DNA from: Halobacteriaceae archaeon
Lineage (GTDB): Archaea > Halobacteriota > Halobacteria > Halobacteriales > Halobacteriaceae
Assembly (NCBI GenBank): GCA_042216675.1
Contig: JBDGTS010000014.1
Span: 27,592-52,854 of the forward strand
Reading direction: 5' to 3'
DNA: 25,263 nucleotides
Shown here: positions 17,854 through 25,263 of the stretch, piece by piece
How positions within the stretch are numbered: the first letter of the stretch is position 1
Layout: each line of letters starts with the position of its first letter
Notes under the pieces: generated by a model
What the model saw: the letters and a program-made list of their open reading frames with translations, nothing else
Told to the model about the DNA's origin: nothing
Databases searched by the model: none
Position numbers and translations under genes: made by a program

Positions 17854-18513
17854 CTACTCGACCTTCTTTACGCGGGTCGCCAGCGCGAGATACGTCGCCA
17901 GTAGGGTGAGCGTCACCGCCGCCGCGGCCGCGCGACTGTGGGCCGCCAGCGCGTGGCTCACCTCGCCGCCGACCAGTTCGGCCCGGAGCGGCGTGTGGTG
18001 GACGCCCCCGCCGACGGGGACGAAGTAGTCCACGACGTCGTTGAGCCAGTACCACCCGGCGGCGGCGCCCACCGCCCGCACCGGGAAGTCGGCGTAGCGG
18101 TGGAGCACGAACGCCTCCAGCGCCATCCCGAGGTGGCTCACGACGAGAAACCAGTAGAGCCACGTCGCGATGCCGCCGGGACCGTTCAGCGCCAATTGGA
18201 CGTAGGGGGTCCAGAGGCCGAGTTTGATGCAACCGAAGAACGCCAGTGAGTCGAGGATCGCGGACTGGCGGTCGAGTTTCCACGCCGCCAGCGAGAGCGC
18301 GATGAACAGCGTCGCCGCGGGGCTGTCGGGCACGACGGGCCACAGCCACACCGCCGTCTCGGCCAACTGGTGGCGGTAGTACCAGAATCCGAAGGCCGTC
18401 CCACCGAGGTTGACGAGGACGATGAGCCACGCGAACCGGAGCGCGAGGTCCTCCAGCCACGTCGGCAGGGGGGCGAGATAGCGCGGCAGTCGGGACCGCT
18501 CGGCGCGTGTCAC
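17854..18513 (-). CDS. DUF1405 family membrane protein
   Basis: N..GTAFGFWYY..QL, VPDSP.A, K.G.W, SHLGM and NDVVDY motifs; GTG 18513 chosen from a minus-strand T-run about 26-30 nt upstream. Confidence 0.82.
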   Translation of the reverse strand: MTRAERSRLPRYLAPLPTWLEDLALRFAWLIVLVNLGGTAFGFWYYRHQLAETAVWLWPVVPDSPAATLFIALSLAAWKLDRQSAILDSLAFFGCIKLGLWTPYVQLALNGPGGIATWLYWFLVVSHLGMALEAFVLHRYADFPVRAVGAAAGWYWLNDVVDYFVPVGGGVHHTPLRAELVGGEVSHALAAHSRAAAAAVTLTLLATYLALATRVKKVE

Positions 18514-18648
18514 GGCCGGGACTCGGCGGGGCCGGGGCAAAAGCGGTGCGGTCGGGCGTGGCCTCCGTCGTCGCTCGCCCGTCCGGCGGCCCCGGGTGGG
18601 GCCGCCGATGTCACAAGTGATTAGCCGATGGCCCCCAACCGTTCACGT

Positions 18649-19551
18649 ATGAGCGAGGCGACCGACCTTGAGGAACTCCGTCGGGGCACCGAACTCGTCA
18701 AGCGCGGGTTCGCGCAGATGCAGAAGGGCGGCGTCATCATGGACGTGGTGAACGCCGAGCAAGCCAAAATCGCCGAGGAAGTCGGCGCCGTCGCGGTGAT
18801 GGCCCTCGAAGCCGTGCCCGCGGACATCCGTAAGCGCGGGGGCGTGGCGCGAATGGCAGACCCCGCCGACGTGCAGGAAATCATCGACGCCGTCTCCATC
18901 CCGGTGATGGGCAAGTCCCGCATCGGCCACCGGAAGGAGGCCGAGATTCTGGAGGCCATCGGCGTCGACATGATCGACGAGTCCGAGGTGCTGACGCCCG
19001 CGGACGACCAGTACCACATCGACAAGCGGGAGTTCACCGCGCCGTTCGTCTGCGGCGCACGGAACCTCGGCGAGGCGCTCCGGCGCATCGACGAGGGCGC
19101 CGCGATGATTCGCACGAAGGGCGAGGCCGGCACCGGCGACGTGAATCAGGCCGTCTTCCACCAGCGCACCATCAAGGGCGCCATCCGAACGCTGGAGGGC
19201 ATGAACTACGAGGAGCGCGAGAAGTGGGCGCGCGAGAACGAGGCGCCCGCCGAACTCGTCCACGAGACGGCAGAGCGCGGCCGCCTCCCCGTCGTCAACT
19301 TCGCCGCGGGCGGCATCGCGACGCCCGCCGACGCGGCCCTGATGATGTACCACGAGTGCGACGGCATCTTCGTCGGGTCCGGCATCTTCGGCGCGGAGGA
19401 CCCCGAGACGATGGGCCGCGCCGTCGTCGACGCCGTCAACAACTGGGACGACCCCGAGCGCCTCGCCGAAATCGCGTCGAACGTCGGCAAGGGCATGAAG
19501 GGTGAGGCGGACGTCGCCGAGGAGGAGGAACTGCAGGGCCGCGGCGTCTAA
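18649..19551 (+). CDS. pdxS: pyridoxal 5'-phosphate synthase lyase subunit
   Basis: [39 protein letters not shown] and [14 protein letters not shown]. Confidence 0.97.
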   Translation: MSEATDLEELRRGTELVKRGFAQMQKGGVIMDVVNAEQAKIAEEVGAVAVMALEAVPADIRKRGGVARMADPADVQEIIDAVSIPVMGKSRIGHRKEAEILEAIGVDMIDESEVLTPADDQYHIDKREFTAPFVCGARNLGEALRRIDEGAAMIRTKGEAGTGDVNQAVFHQRTIKGAIRTLEGMNYEEREKWARENEAPAELVHETAERGRLPVVNFAAGGIATPADAALMMYHECDGIFVGSGIFGAEDPETMGRAVVDAVNNWDDPERLAEIASNVGKGMKGEADVAEEEELQGRGV

Positions 19552-19910
19552 GTCTTCTCGCGCCTGTAGAACCCGGCGACGAACTCGTATGTCAGCAGGC
19601 CGCCGACGAGGAGCCCCAAGAACGCGGCCACGGCGGCCCGCCCCTGCTCCGTCGTCTCCATCGAGGGCGACATCGCGAGCGCCGCGAGATAGCCCGTGAC
19701 GAACACGCCGGTTCGGACGCGGAGGCGCACGCCCGTCGCGGCGTCGACGGCGGCGAGATACAGCTGCGGGCCGATGCCCGTCGCGACCGTCGCGAGCAGG
19801 TAGATGCCGAGTCCCGAGAGAGACTCCAGTCCGCGGACCCCCGCCGCGACGAAACACGCGGCTCCGACGAGGAACCCGACGCCGAGGGTGGCGTTCTCGC
19901 GGGAGACCAT
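19548..19910 (-). CDS. hypothetical membrane protein (about 4 TM)
   Basis: Hydrophobic 120-aa ORF filling the gap between pdxS and the leuA promoter; converges on pdxS with a 4-nt overlap. Confidence 0.65.
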   Translation of the reverse strand: MVSRENATLGVGFLVGAACFVAAGVRGLESLSGLGIYLLATVATGIGPQLYLAAVDAATGVRLRVRTGVFVTGYLAALAMSPSMETTEQGRAAVAAFLGLLVGGLLTYEFVAGFYRREKT

Positions 19911-19982
19911 GCGCCGCGCTTTTCCATCGTTTCAGATAATCGTTTGGTTGTCGCCCGAGCGCCGGGCGGCGCTACGGACAGG

Positions 19983-19988
19983 CTTAAG
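19983..19988 (+). promoter_or_regulatory. TATA box of leuA
   Basis: CTTAAG, 28-33 nt upstream of ATG 20016. Confidence 0.65.
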
Positions 19989-20015
19989 TGTTCGGCCGGC
20001 CCACCGTAGGGTACA

Positions 20016-20087
20016 ATGTCGTCTCACGACGACCCCGGTGCAAGTCCGGGGGACCGAGTTCTTCAAGGGCACGTTAGCCCAGCGTAG
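20016..20087 (+). promoter_or_regulatory. leaderless uORF overlapping the leuA 5' end (MSSHDDPGASPGDRVLQGHVSPA*); candidate +1 frameshift leader
   Basis: ATG at the expected transcript start but out of frame with LeuA; hairpin CCCCGG/CCGGGG (20033-20051); single Leu codon CTT at 20061-20063. Confidence 0.6.
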
Positions 20088-21225
20088 CGAGATCGACGAG
20101 GCACGCATCTTCGACACCACGCTCCGCGACGGGGAGCAGTCGCCACGCACGTCGTTCAGTTACGACGACAAGCGCGAGATAGCCGCGACGCTCGACGACA
20201 TGGGCACCCACGTCATCGAGGCTGGGTTCCCGGTCAACAGCGACGCCGAGTTCGAGGCGGTGCGCGACATCGCCGAGAGCACGACGTCCGACGTCTGCGG
20301 TCTCGCGCGCGTCGTCGAGGAGGACATCGAGGCGGCACTCGATGCGAACGTGGACATCGTCCACGTCTTCTCCTCCACCAGCGACGTGCAGATCGAAGAC
20401 TCGATGCACGCGACCCGCGAGGAGGTACTGGAACGGTCGGTCGAGGCGGTCGAACGCGTCAAATCGGCGGGCGTGGAGTGCATGTACTCGCCGATGGACG
20501 CGACCCGCACGGACCACGACTTCCTGCTGGAGGTCGTGGAGGCCGTCACCGAGGCGGGGACCGACTGGATAAACATCCCGGACACCTGCGGGGTGGCGAC
20601 GCCGACGAGGTTTGGCAGCCTCATCGGCGAGCTCGTCGAGCACACGGACGCGAAGATAGACGTCCACACGCACGACGACTTCGGACTCGCGACTGCGAAC
20701 GCGCTGGCCGGCTTCGAGAACGGCGCGGCGCAGGCACAGGTGAGCGTCAACGGCATCGGCGAACGCGCCGGCAACGCGGCTTACGAGGAGGTCGTGATGT
20801 CAGCGGAGTCGCTGTACGGCGTCGACACCGGCATCGACACCACTGGCATCACGGAACTGGCGCGGATGATCGAGGAGAAGTCCGACATCCGCGTGCCCGC
20901 GAACAAGCCCGTCGTGGGGCGCAACGCGTTCTCCCACGAGAGCGGCATCCACGCCGCGGGCGTCATCGAGAACTCCGAGACGTTCGAGCCCGGCGTGATG
21001 ACTCCCGAGATGGTCGGGGCGTCCCGCGAACTCGTGTTGGGCAAGCACACGGGGACTCACTCCGTGCGCGAGCGCCTCATCGACGCTGGCTTCGACCCGA
21101 CCCCCGAGGAGGTCCGAGAGGTCACCCGGCGCGTGAAGGACTACGGCGCGGAGAAGAACCGCGTCACGATGTCCGACCTCGAACGGTTCGCGCGGGAGAC
21201 TGGCATCGAGGAGGTTCAGGCCTGA
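20038..21225 (+). CDS. leuA: 2-isopropylmalate synthase, short form (start uncertain: in-frame GTG 20038, or ATG 20016 with a +1 frameshift)
   Basis: IFDTTLRDGEQ, IEAGFP, PDTCG, HTHDDFGLA.AN, NGIGERAGNA and HESGIH; sits in the ilv/leu cluster. About 395 aa, with no C-terminal regulatory domain. Confidence 0.88.
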   Translation: MQVRGTEFFKGTLAQRSEIDEARIFDTTLRDGEQSPRTSFSYDDKREIAATLDDMGTHVIEAGFPVNSDAEFEAVRDIAESTTSDVCGLARVVEEDIEAALDANVDIVHVFSSTSDVQIEDSMHATREEVLERSVEAVERVKSAGVECMYSPMDATRTDHDFLLEVVEAVTEAGTDWINIPDTCGVATPTRFGSLIGELVEHTDAKIDVHTHDDFGLATANALAGFENGAAQAQVSVNGIGERAGNAAYEEVVMSAESLYGVDTGIDTTGITELARMIEEKSDIRVPANKPVVGRNAFSHESGIHAAGVIENSETFEPGVMTPEMVGASRELVLGKHTGTHSVRERLIDAGFDPTPEEVREVTRRVKDYGAEKNRVTMSDLERFARETGIEEVQA

Positions 21226-21263
21226 TGCCCGTCCCCGCGTTCGCCCTCACCGGACAGCCACGG

Positions 21264-21284
21264 GGCCGTCGCTCCGCGGCGGCC
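21264..21284 (+). other. hairpin in the leuA 3' region
   Basis: GGCCGTCGC-TCC-GCGGCGGCC, a 9-bp stem with one G-U pair; function unknown. Confidence 0.35.
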
Positions 21285-21290
21285 AGCAAG

Positions 21291-21296
21291 ATTTAT
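21291..21296 (+). promoter_or_regulatory. TATA box of the ilvB operon leader
   Basis: ATTTAT preceded by purine-rich CAAG, about 29-34 nt upstream of ATG 21325. Confidence 0.65.
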
Positions 21297-21324
21297 GATT
21301 GGTCGTCCCGTCAGTCGGACGTAC

Positions 21325-21399
21325 ATGCTGGAGACGCGCCCGGCGCACGGTCGACCGACCGCCGCCAGCGCCGCGGCCGTCGTACTCGTAGGGGCGTAA
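21325..21399 (+). CDS. putative ilvB leader peptide (MLETRPAHGRPTAASAAAVVLVGA*)
   Basis: Leaderless-position ATG; GTC-GTA-CTC-GTA Val/Leu codon cluster; TAA forms the loop of the GGGGCG/CGCCCC hairpin. Confidence 0.6.
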   Translation: MLETRPAHGRPTAASAAAVVLVGA

Positions 21400-21420
21400 C
21401 GCCCCGCACAGTTCCTTCTC
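21391..21420 (+). terminator. candidate attenuator hairpin with pyrimidine tract
   Basis: GGGGCG-TAA-CGCCCC (21391-21405) followed by TTCCTTCTC (21412-21420). Confidence 0.4.
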
Positions 21421-21506
21421 CATCGAGTCCGTGCACGACTGTCCAGCGAGGGCCGCCGCACAGCGGCCACCGACTCCACAGATGACACACGCGAAACCCC
21501 ACAATC

Positions 21507-21513
21507 GAGGTGA
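21507..21513 (+). promoter_or_regulatory. Shine-Dalgarno of ilvB
   Basis: GAGGTGA, 6 nt before GTG 21520. Confidence 0.7.
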
Positions 21514-21519
21514 TCGGCG

Positions 21520-23271
21520 GTGAGCGAAACGCCGAGCCAACGGCTGACCGAGGACGAACAGGACGAGAAGCGACCCGTCTCGACGGGCGCGGAGTCCGTC
21601 GTGCGAGCGCTGGAGAACGCGGGCGTCGAGACGCTCTTCGGCGTCACCGGCGGCGCCATCATGCCCGTCTACGACGCGCTGTACGATTCGGAGATGACCC
21701 ACGTCACGATGGGCCACGAGCAGGGCGCCGCCCACGCCGCCGACGCGTACGGCGTCGTCAGCGGCGACCCCGGCGTCTGTCTCGCCACCTCGGGTCCCGG
21801 CGCGACGAACCTCGTGACTGGCATCGCCGACGCCGACATGGACTCGGACCCGCTCATCGCGCTGACCGGGCAGGTGCCGACGTCGATGGTCGGCAACGAC
21901 GCCTTCCAGGAGACGGACACCACCGGCGTCACCGCGCCCGTCACGAAGGCGAACTTCTTCGCACAGGACCCCGACTCCGTCGGTGATGACGTGGGCACCG
22001 CGTTCGCCCTCGCGAGCGAGGGCCGGCAGGGGCCGACGCTCGTCGACCTGCCGAAGGACGTGACCCAAGGCGACGCGGAGCGAGAGCCCGCGCCGGCCGA
22101 GGCCCCCGAGACCCACGACCCCGAAGAGCGGGCCGACGAGGAGAACGTCGCCGAGGCCGCCGAGGCGCTGTCGAACGCCGAGCGCCCGGTCATCCTCGCC
22201 GGCGGCGGAGTCATCAAGGCCAACGCCAGCCCCGAACTCCGGGCGTTCGCCCGCGAGTACGAGATTCCGGTCGTCACGACGATGCCCGGGCTGGGCTCGT
22301 TCCCCGAGGACGACGACCTGTCGCTTGGCTTCGCGGGGATGCACGGCACCGGCTACGCCAACATGGCGGTCACCCACACCGACGTGATGCTGGCCGTGGG
22401 CACCCGCTTCGACGACCGACTCACCGGCGGCGTGGACTCCTTCGCGCCCGAGGCGGAGGTCATCCACGTCGACATCGACCCCGCCGAAATCTCGAAGAAC
22501 ATCCACGCGGACTACCCACTCGTCGGCGACGCCGAGTTCGTCCTCGACCAACTGTACGAGGCGATGCCGAGCGAACCGCCCGCCGACGAGTGGCGCGCGC
22601 AGTGTCAGACGTGGAAGGCCGAGTACCCGATGGACTACGAGACGCCCGAGGACGAACCCCTCAAGCCGGAGTTCGTCGTCGAGGCGTTCGACGAGGCTAC
22701 CGACCCCGACACTATCGTCACCACCGGCGTCGGCCAACACCAGATGTGGGCCTGCCAGTACTGGGAGTACACGGAGCCCCGGACGTGGGTCTCCTCGCAC
22801 GGACTAGGCACGATGGGCTACGGCCTGCCCGCGGCCATCGGCGCGCGCTTCGCCGCCGACGAGGAGCAAGACGTCGTCGCCTTCGAGGGAGACGGCTCCC
22901 TGCTGATGACCGTCGAGGAACTGGCCGTCGCGGTCCGCGAGGACCTCGATCTCACCGTCGCCGTCCTCAACAACGAGTACGTCGGGATGGTCCGACAGTG
23001 GCAGGACGGCTTCTACGAGGGTCGCCACATGGCCTCTGAGTACGCGTGGTGTCCCGACTTCGCGAAACTCGCCGAAGCCTTCGGCGCGCAGGGCCTCACC
23101 GTCGACGACTACGACGGGGTGCCCGACGCCATCGAGGCCGCCCTCGACTACGACGGGCCGACGGTCATCGACTTCCACGTCGACCCGCAGGAGAACGTCT
23201 TCCCGATGGTGCCGAGCGGCGGGAAGAACGGACTGTTCGCGATGAACGCCGAGCAACTGGAGCAACTGTAA
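21520..23271 (+). CDS. ilvB: acetolactate synthase large subunit
   Basis: HEQGA, TSGPGATN, GMHG, RFDDR, VGQHQMW, GLGTMGYGLP and the TPP motif GDGS...NN. Confidence 0.96.
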   Translation: MSETPSQRLTEDEQDEKRPVSTGAESVVRALENAGVETLFGVTGGAIMPVYDALYDSEMTHVTMGHEQGAAHAADAYGVVSGDPGVCLATSGPGATNLVTGIADADMDSDPLIALTGQVPTSMVGNDAFQETDTTGVTAPVTKANFFAQDPDSVGDDVGTAFALASEGRQGPTLVDLPKDVTQGDAEREPAPAEAPETHDPEERADEENVAEAAEALSNAERPVILAGGGVIKANASPELRAFAREYEIPVVTTMPGLGSFPEDDDLSLGFAGMHGTGYANMAVTHTDVMLAVGTRFDDRLTGGVDSFAPEAEVIHVDIDPAEISKNIHADYPLVGDAEFVLDQLYEAMPSEPPADEWRAQCQTWKAEYPMDYETPEDEPLKPEFVVEAFDEATDPDTIVTTGVGQHQMWACQYWEYTEPRTWVSSHGLGTMGYGLPAAIGARFAADEEQDVVAFEGDGSLLMTVEELAVAVREDLDLTVAVLNNEYVGMVRQWQDGFYEGRHMASEYAWCPDFAKLAEAFGAQGLTVDDYDGVPDAIEAALDYDGPTVIDFHVDPQENVFPMVPSGGKNGLFAMNAEQLEQL

Positions 23272-23273
23272 CC

Positions 23274-23864
23274 ATGGCTGGAGGACTCGAAGGACCCGCG
23301 CCGGACGAGCGCCCCCACCCCGAGGGGCGACGCAACGAACAGGGCATTCGAATCGAACAGGAGTCGGCGGAACCGCCGACCCACCGCGCCGTGCTGTCGG
23401 CGCAGGTGTGGCACGAACCGGGCGTGCTCGCGAAGGTGTCGGGGCTGTTCAGCCGACGCCAGTTCAACATCGAGAGTCTGGCGGTCGGCCCCACCGAGCG
23501 AGAGGGAGTCGCCCGCATCACGATGGTCATCGAGGAACACGACCCGGGCATCGAGCAGGCCAAGAAGCAACTGGAGAAGCTCGTCCCCGTCATCTCCGTG
23601 CGCGAACTCCGCGAGGAGGCCGTCGAGCGCGAACTGGCGATGGTGAAACTCGACGTGCGCGACGACCCGGACGAGGTGCAGGCCGTCGCGGAGATGTGCG
23701 ACGGCGACGTCGTGGACATCGGCCCCGAGACCATCACCGTCGAGTTGACGGGCACGGAGGCACAGATCGACGCCGCGCTGGAGACCTTCGAGCGCTTTAC
23801 AGTGCGTGAGGTAGTGCGGACAGGTACGGCGGCACTCGCAAGCGGTGCCGAGGAGACCACATGA
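23274..23864 (+). CDS. ilvN: acetolactate synthase small regulatory subunit
   Basis: ACT domain PGVLAKVSGLFSRRQFNIESL, KQLEKL and EVVRTG; ATG 2 nt after the ilvB stop. Confidence 0.94.
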   Translation: MAGGLEGPAPDERPHPEGRRNEQGIRIEQESAEPPTHRAVLSAQVWHEPGVLAKVSGLFSRRQFNIESLAVGPTEREGVARITMVIEEHDPGIEQAKKQLEKLVPVISVRELREEAVERELAMVKLDVRDDPDEVQAVAEMCDGDVVDIGPETITVELTGTEAQIDAALETFERFTVREVVRTGTAALASGAEETT

Positions 23865-24913
23865 CCGACAACAATCAGTTCACCACACCGGTATACTACG
23901 AGGACGACCCGGACCGAAGCTACATCGACGAGAAGACCGTCGCCGTCATCGGCTACGGCAGTCAGGGCCACGCCCACGCGCTGAACCTCCACGAGAGTGG
24001 AGTCGAGGTCGTCGTGGGCCTGCGCGAGGGGTCGTCCTCGCGCGAACAGGCGGAAGCCGACGGCCTGCGCGTCGCGGCCCCCGACGACGCCGCGGCCGAG
24101 GCCGACGTGGTGATGGTCCTCGTCCCCGACAACGTTCAGCCCGCGGTGTTCGAGGCGCTGGAGCCCGAACTCGACGAGGGCGACACCGTGATGTTCGCGC
24201 ACGGCTTCAACATCCACTACAACCAGATCGAACCCCCGGAGCACGTCGACGTGACGATGGTCGCGCCGAAGGGGCCCGGCCACATCGTCCGCCGCGACTA
24301 CGAGCGCGGCGAGGGGACGCCCGCGCTCGTCGCCGTCTACCGCGACCGGACCGGCGAGGCCAAGCAGGAAGCGCTGGCGTACGCCCACGCCATCGGCGCG
24401 GCCCGCGCGGGCATCGTCGAGACGAGCTTTCAGGAGGAGGTCGAGACCGACCTGTTCGGCGAGCAGGCCGTCCTCTGTGGCGGCGTCACGAGCCTCATCA
24501 AGCACGGCTTCGAGACGCTCGTGGACGCCGGGTACGCTCCCGAGATGGCGTACTTCGAGTGCATGAACGAGCTGAAGCTCATCGTCGACCTGCTCTACGA
24601 GGGCGGGCTGGGCTACATGTGGTACTCCGTCTCGGACACCGCCGAGTACGGTGGCCTCTCGACGCAGGACGACATCGTGGACGAGACGGTTCGCGAGAAC
24701 ATGGAGGAGCAGTTAGAGCGCGTCCAGAACGGCGAGTTCGCGCGCGAGTGGATCTCCGAGAATCAGGCCGGTCGCCCGGCCTACACGCAGTACAAGGCAC
24801 AGGAAGCCGACCACCAGATCGAGGACGTCGGCGCCCGCCTGCGCGACCTGTTCGCGTGGGAGGAGTCCGAGGTCCCCGAGGAGGCGAAACCGGAGGCGCC
24901 CGCGGATGACTGA
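23861..24913 (+). CDS. ilvC: ketol-acid reductoisomerase
   Basis: IGYGSQGHAHA, FAHGFNIH, APKGPGH, ETDLFGEQAVLCGG and SDTAEYG. Confidence 0.97.
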   Translation: MTDNNQFTTPVYYEDDPDRSYIDEKTVAVIGYGSQGHAHALNLHESGVEVVVGLREGSSSREQAEADGLRVAAPDDAAAEADVVMVLVPDNVQPAVFEALEPELDEGDTVMFAHGFNIHYNQIEPPEHVDVTMVAPKGPGHIVRRDYERGEGTPALVAVYRDRTGEAKQEALAYAHAIGAARAGIVETSFQEEVETDLFGEQAVLCGGVTSLIKHGFETLVDAGYAPEMAYFECMNELKLIVDLLYEGGLGYMWYSVSDTAEYGGLSTQDDIVDETVRENMEEQLERVQNGEFAREWISENQAGRPAYTQYKAQEADHQIEDVGARLRDLFAWEESEVPEEAKPEAPADD

Positions 24914-24925
24914 GGTGACACATCG

Positions 24926-25263
24926 ATGAGCGAGGGCACGCTGTACGACAAGGTCTGGGACCAGCACAAGGTCACGACCCTGCCGAACGGGCAGGACCAG
25001 CTGTTCGTCGGCCTCCACCTCATCCACGAGGTCACCAGCCCGCAGGCGTTCGGGATGCTCAAGGAGCGCGATATGGACGTCGCGTACCCCGAGTTGACCC
25101 ACGCCACCGTGGACCACATCGTCCCGACGGCCGACCAGTCGCGTCCCTTCGGGGACGACGCGGCCGAGGAGATGATGAGCGAACTCGAACAGAACGTCCG
25201 CGACGCGGGCATCGAGTTCGACGACCCCACCAGCGGCGATCAGGGCATCGTCCACGTCATCGG
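24926..25263 (+). CDS. leuC: 3-isopropylmalate dehydratase large subunit (5' part, runs off the window; not in the ORF track)
   Basis: [14 protein letters not shown]...[13 protein letters not shown]...ATVDHIVPT...QGIVHVI; SD GAGGTGA at 24912-24918. Confidence 0.95.
   Translation, partial: MSEGTLYDKVWDQHKVTTLPNGQDQLFVGLHLIHEVTSPQAFGMLKERDMDVAYPELTHATVDHIVPTADQSRPFGDDAAEEMMSELEQNVRDAGIEFDDPTSGDQGIVHVI

Noticed and set aside
18649-19551. pdxS without an adjacent pdxT
   Set aside because: The two genes are often unlinked; absence from this window says nothing about the genome.
19804-20037. 473-aa version of LeuA starting at ATG 19804
   Set aside because: It overlaps the divergent membrane gene, runs through the leuA TATA box, and the extension is basic and unlike haloarchaeal proteins.
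21325-21519. Stop-codon readthrough fusing the leader peptide to IlvB (same frame)
   Set aside because: A second in-frame stop, TGA at 21511-21513, lies before the ilvB start.
24914-25263. leuB apparently missing between ilvC and leuC
   Set aside because: The operon runs off the window and leuB may follow leuCD.

Overview
High-GC DNA encoding acidic proteins, typical of a haloarchaeal (Halobacteria) core chromosome. I found no rRNA, tRNA, CRISPR array or mobile element. Gene order: wHTH regulator; aIF5A modification cluster (dhs, nif3-like, Zn-finger/wHTH hypothetical, speB-like, eif5a); AarF/UbiB kinase with Hsp20; HAD hydrolase, LWR-salt protein, pterin dehydratase, hemA, sirC; DUF5778-like and cold-shock genes; a convergent pair of cis-prenyltransferase paralogues plus a DUF92 protein; archaeal dnaG; a small membrane protein with an SSS symporter; a DUF6293-like wHTH regulator; DUF1405; pdxS; then leuA, ilvB, ilvN, ilvC and partial leuC. 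The most interesting signals are two short upstream ORFs missing from the ORF track. (1) The promoter-proximal ATG of leuA (20016) is out of frame with LeuA. It opens a 23-codon ORF whose only Leu codon lies in GTT-CTT-C, which reads TTC-TTC in the +1 (LeuA) frame, just after a GC hairpin. This suggests a leucine-sensing +1 frameshift or uORF control of a LeuA lacking its allosteric domain. (2) A 24-codon leader upstream of ilvB ends in Val-Val-Leu-Val-Gly-Ala, with its stop codon forming the loop of a perfect hairpin followed by a pyrimidine tract, resembling a bacterial-type attenuator in an archaeon. Family assignments are from motif recognition, not database searches.
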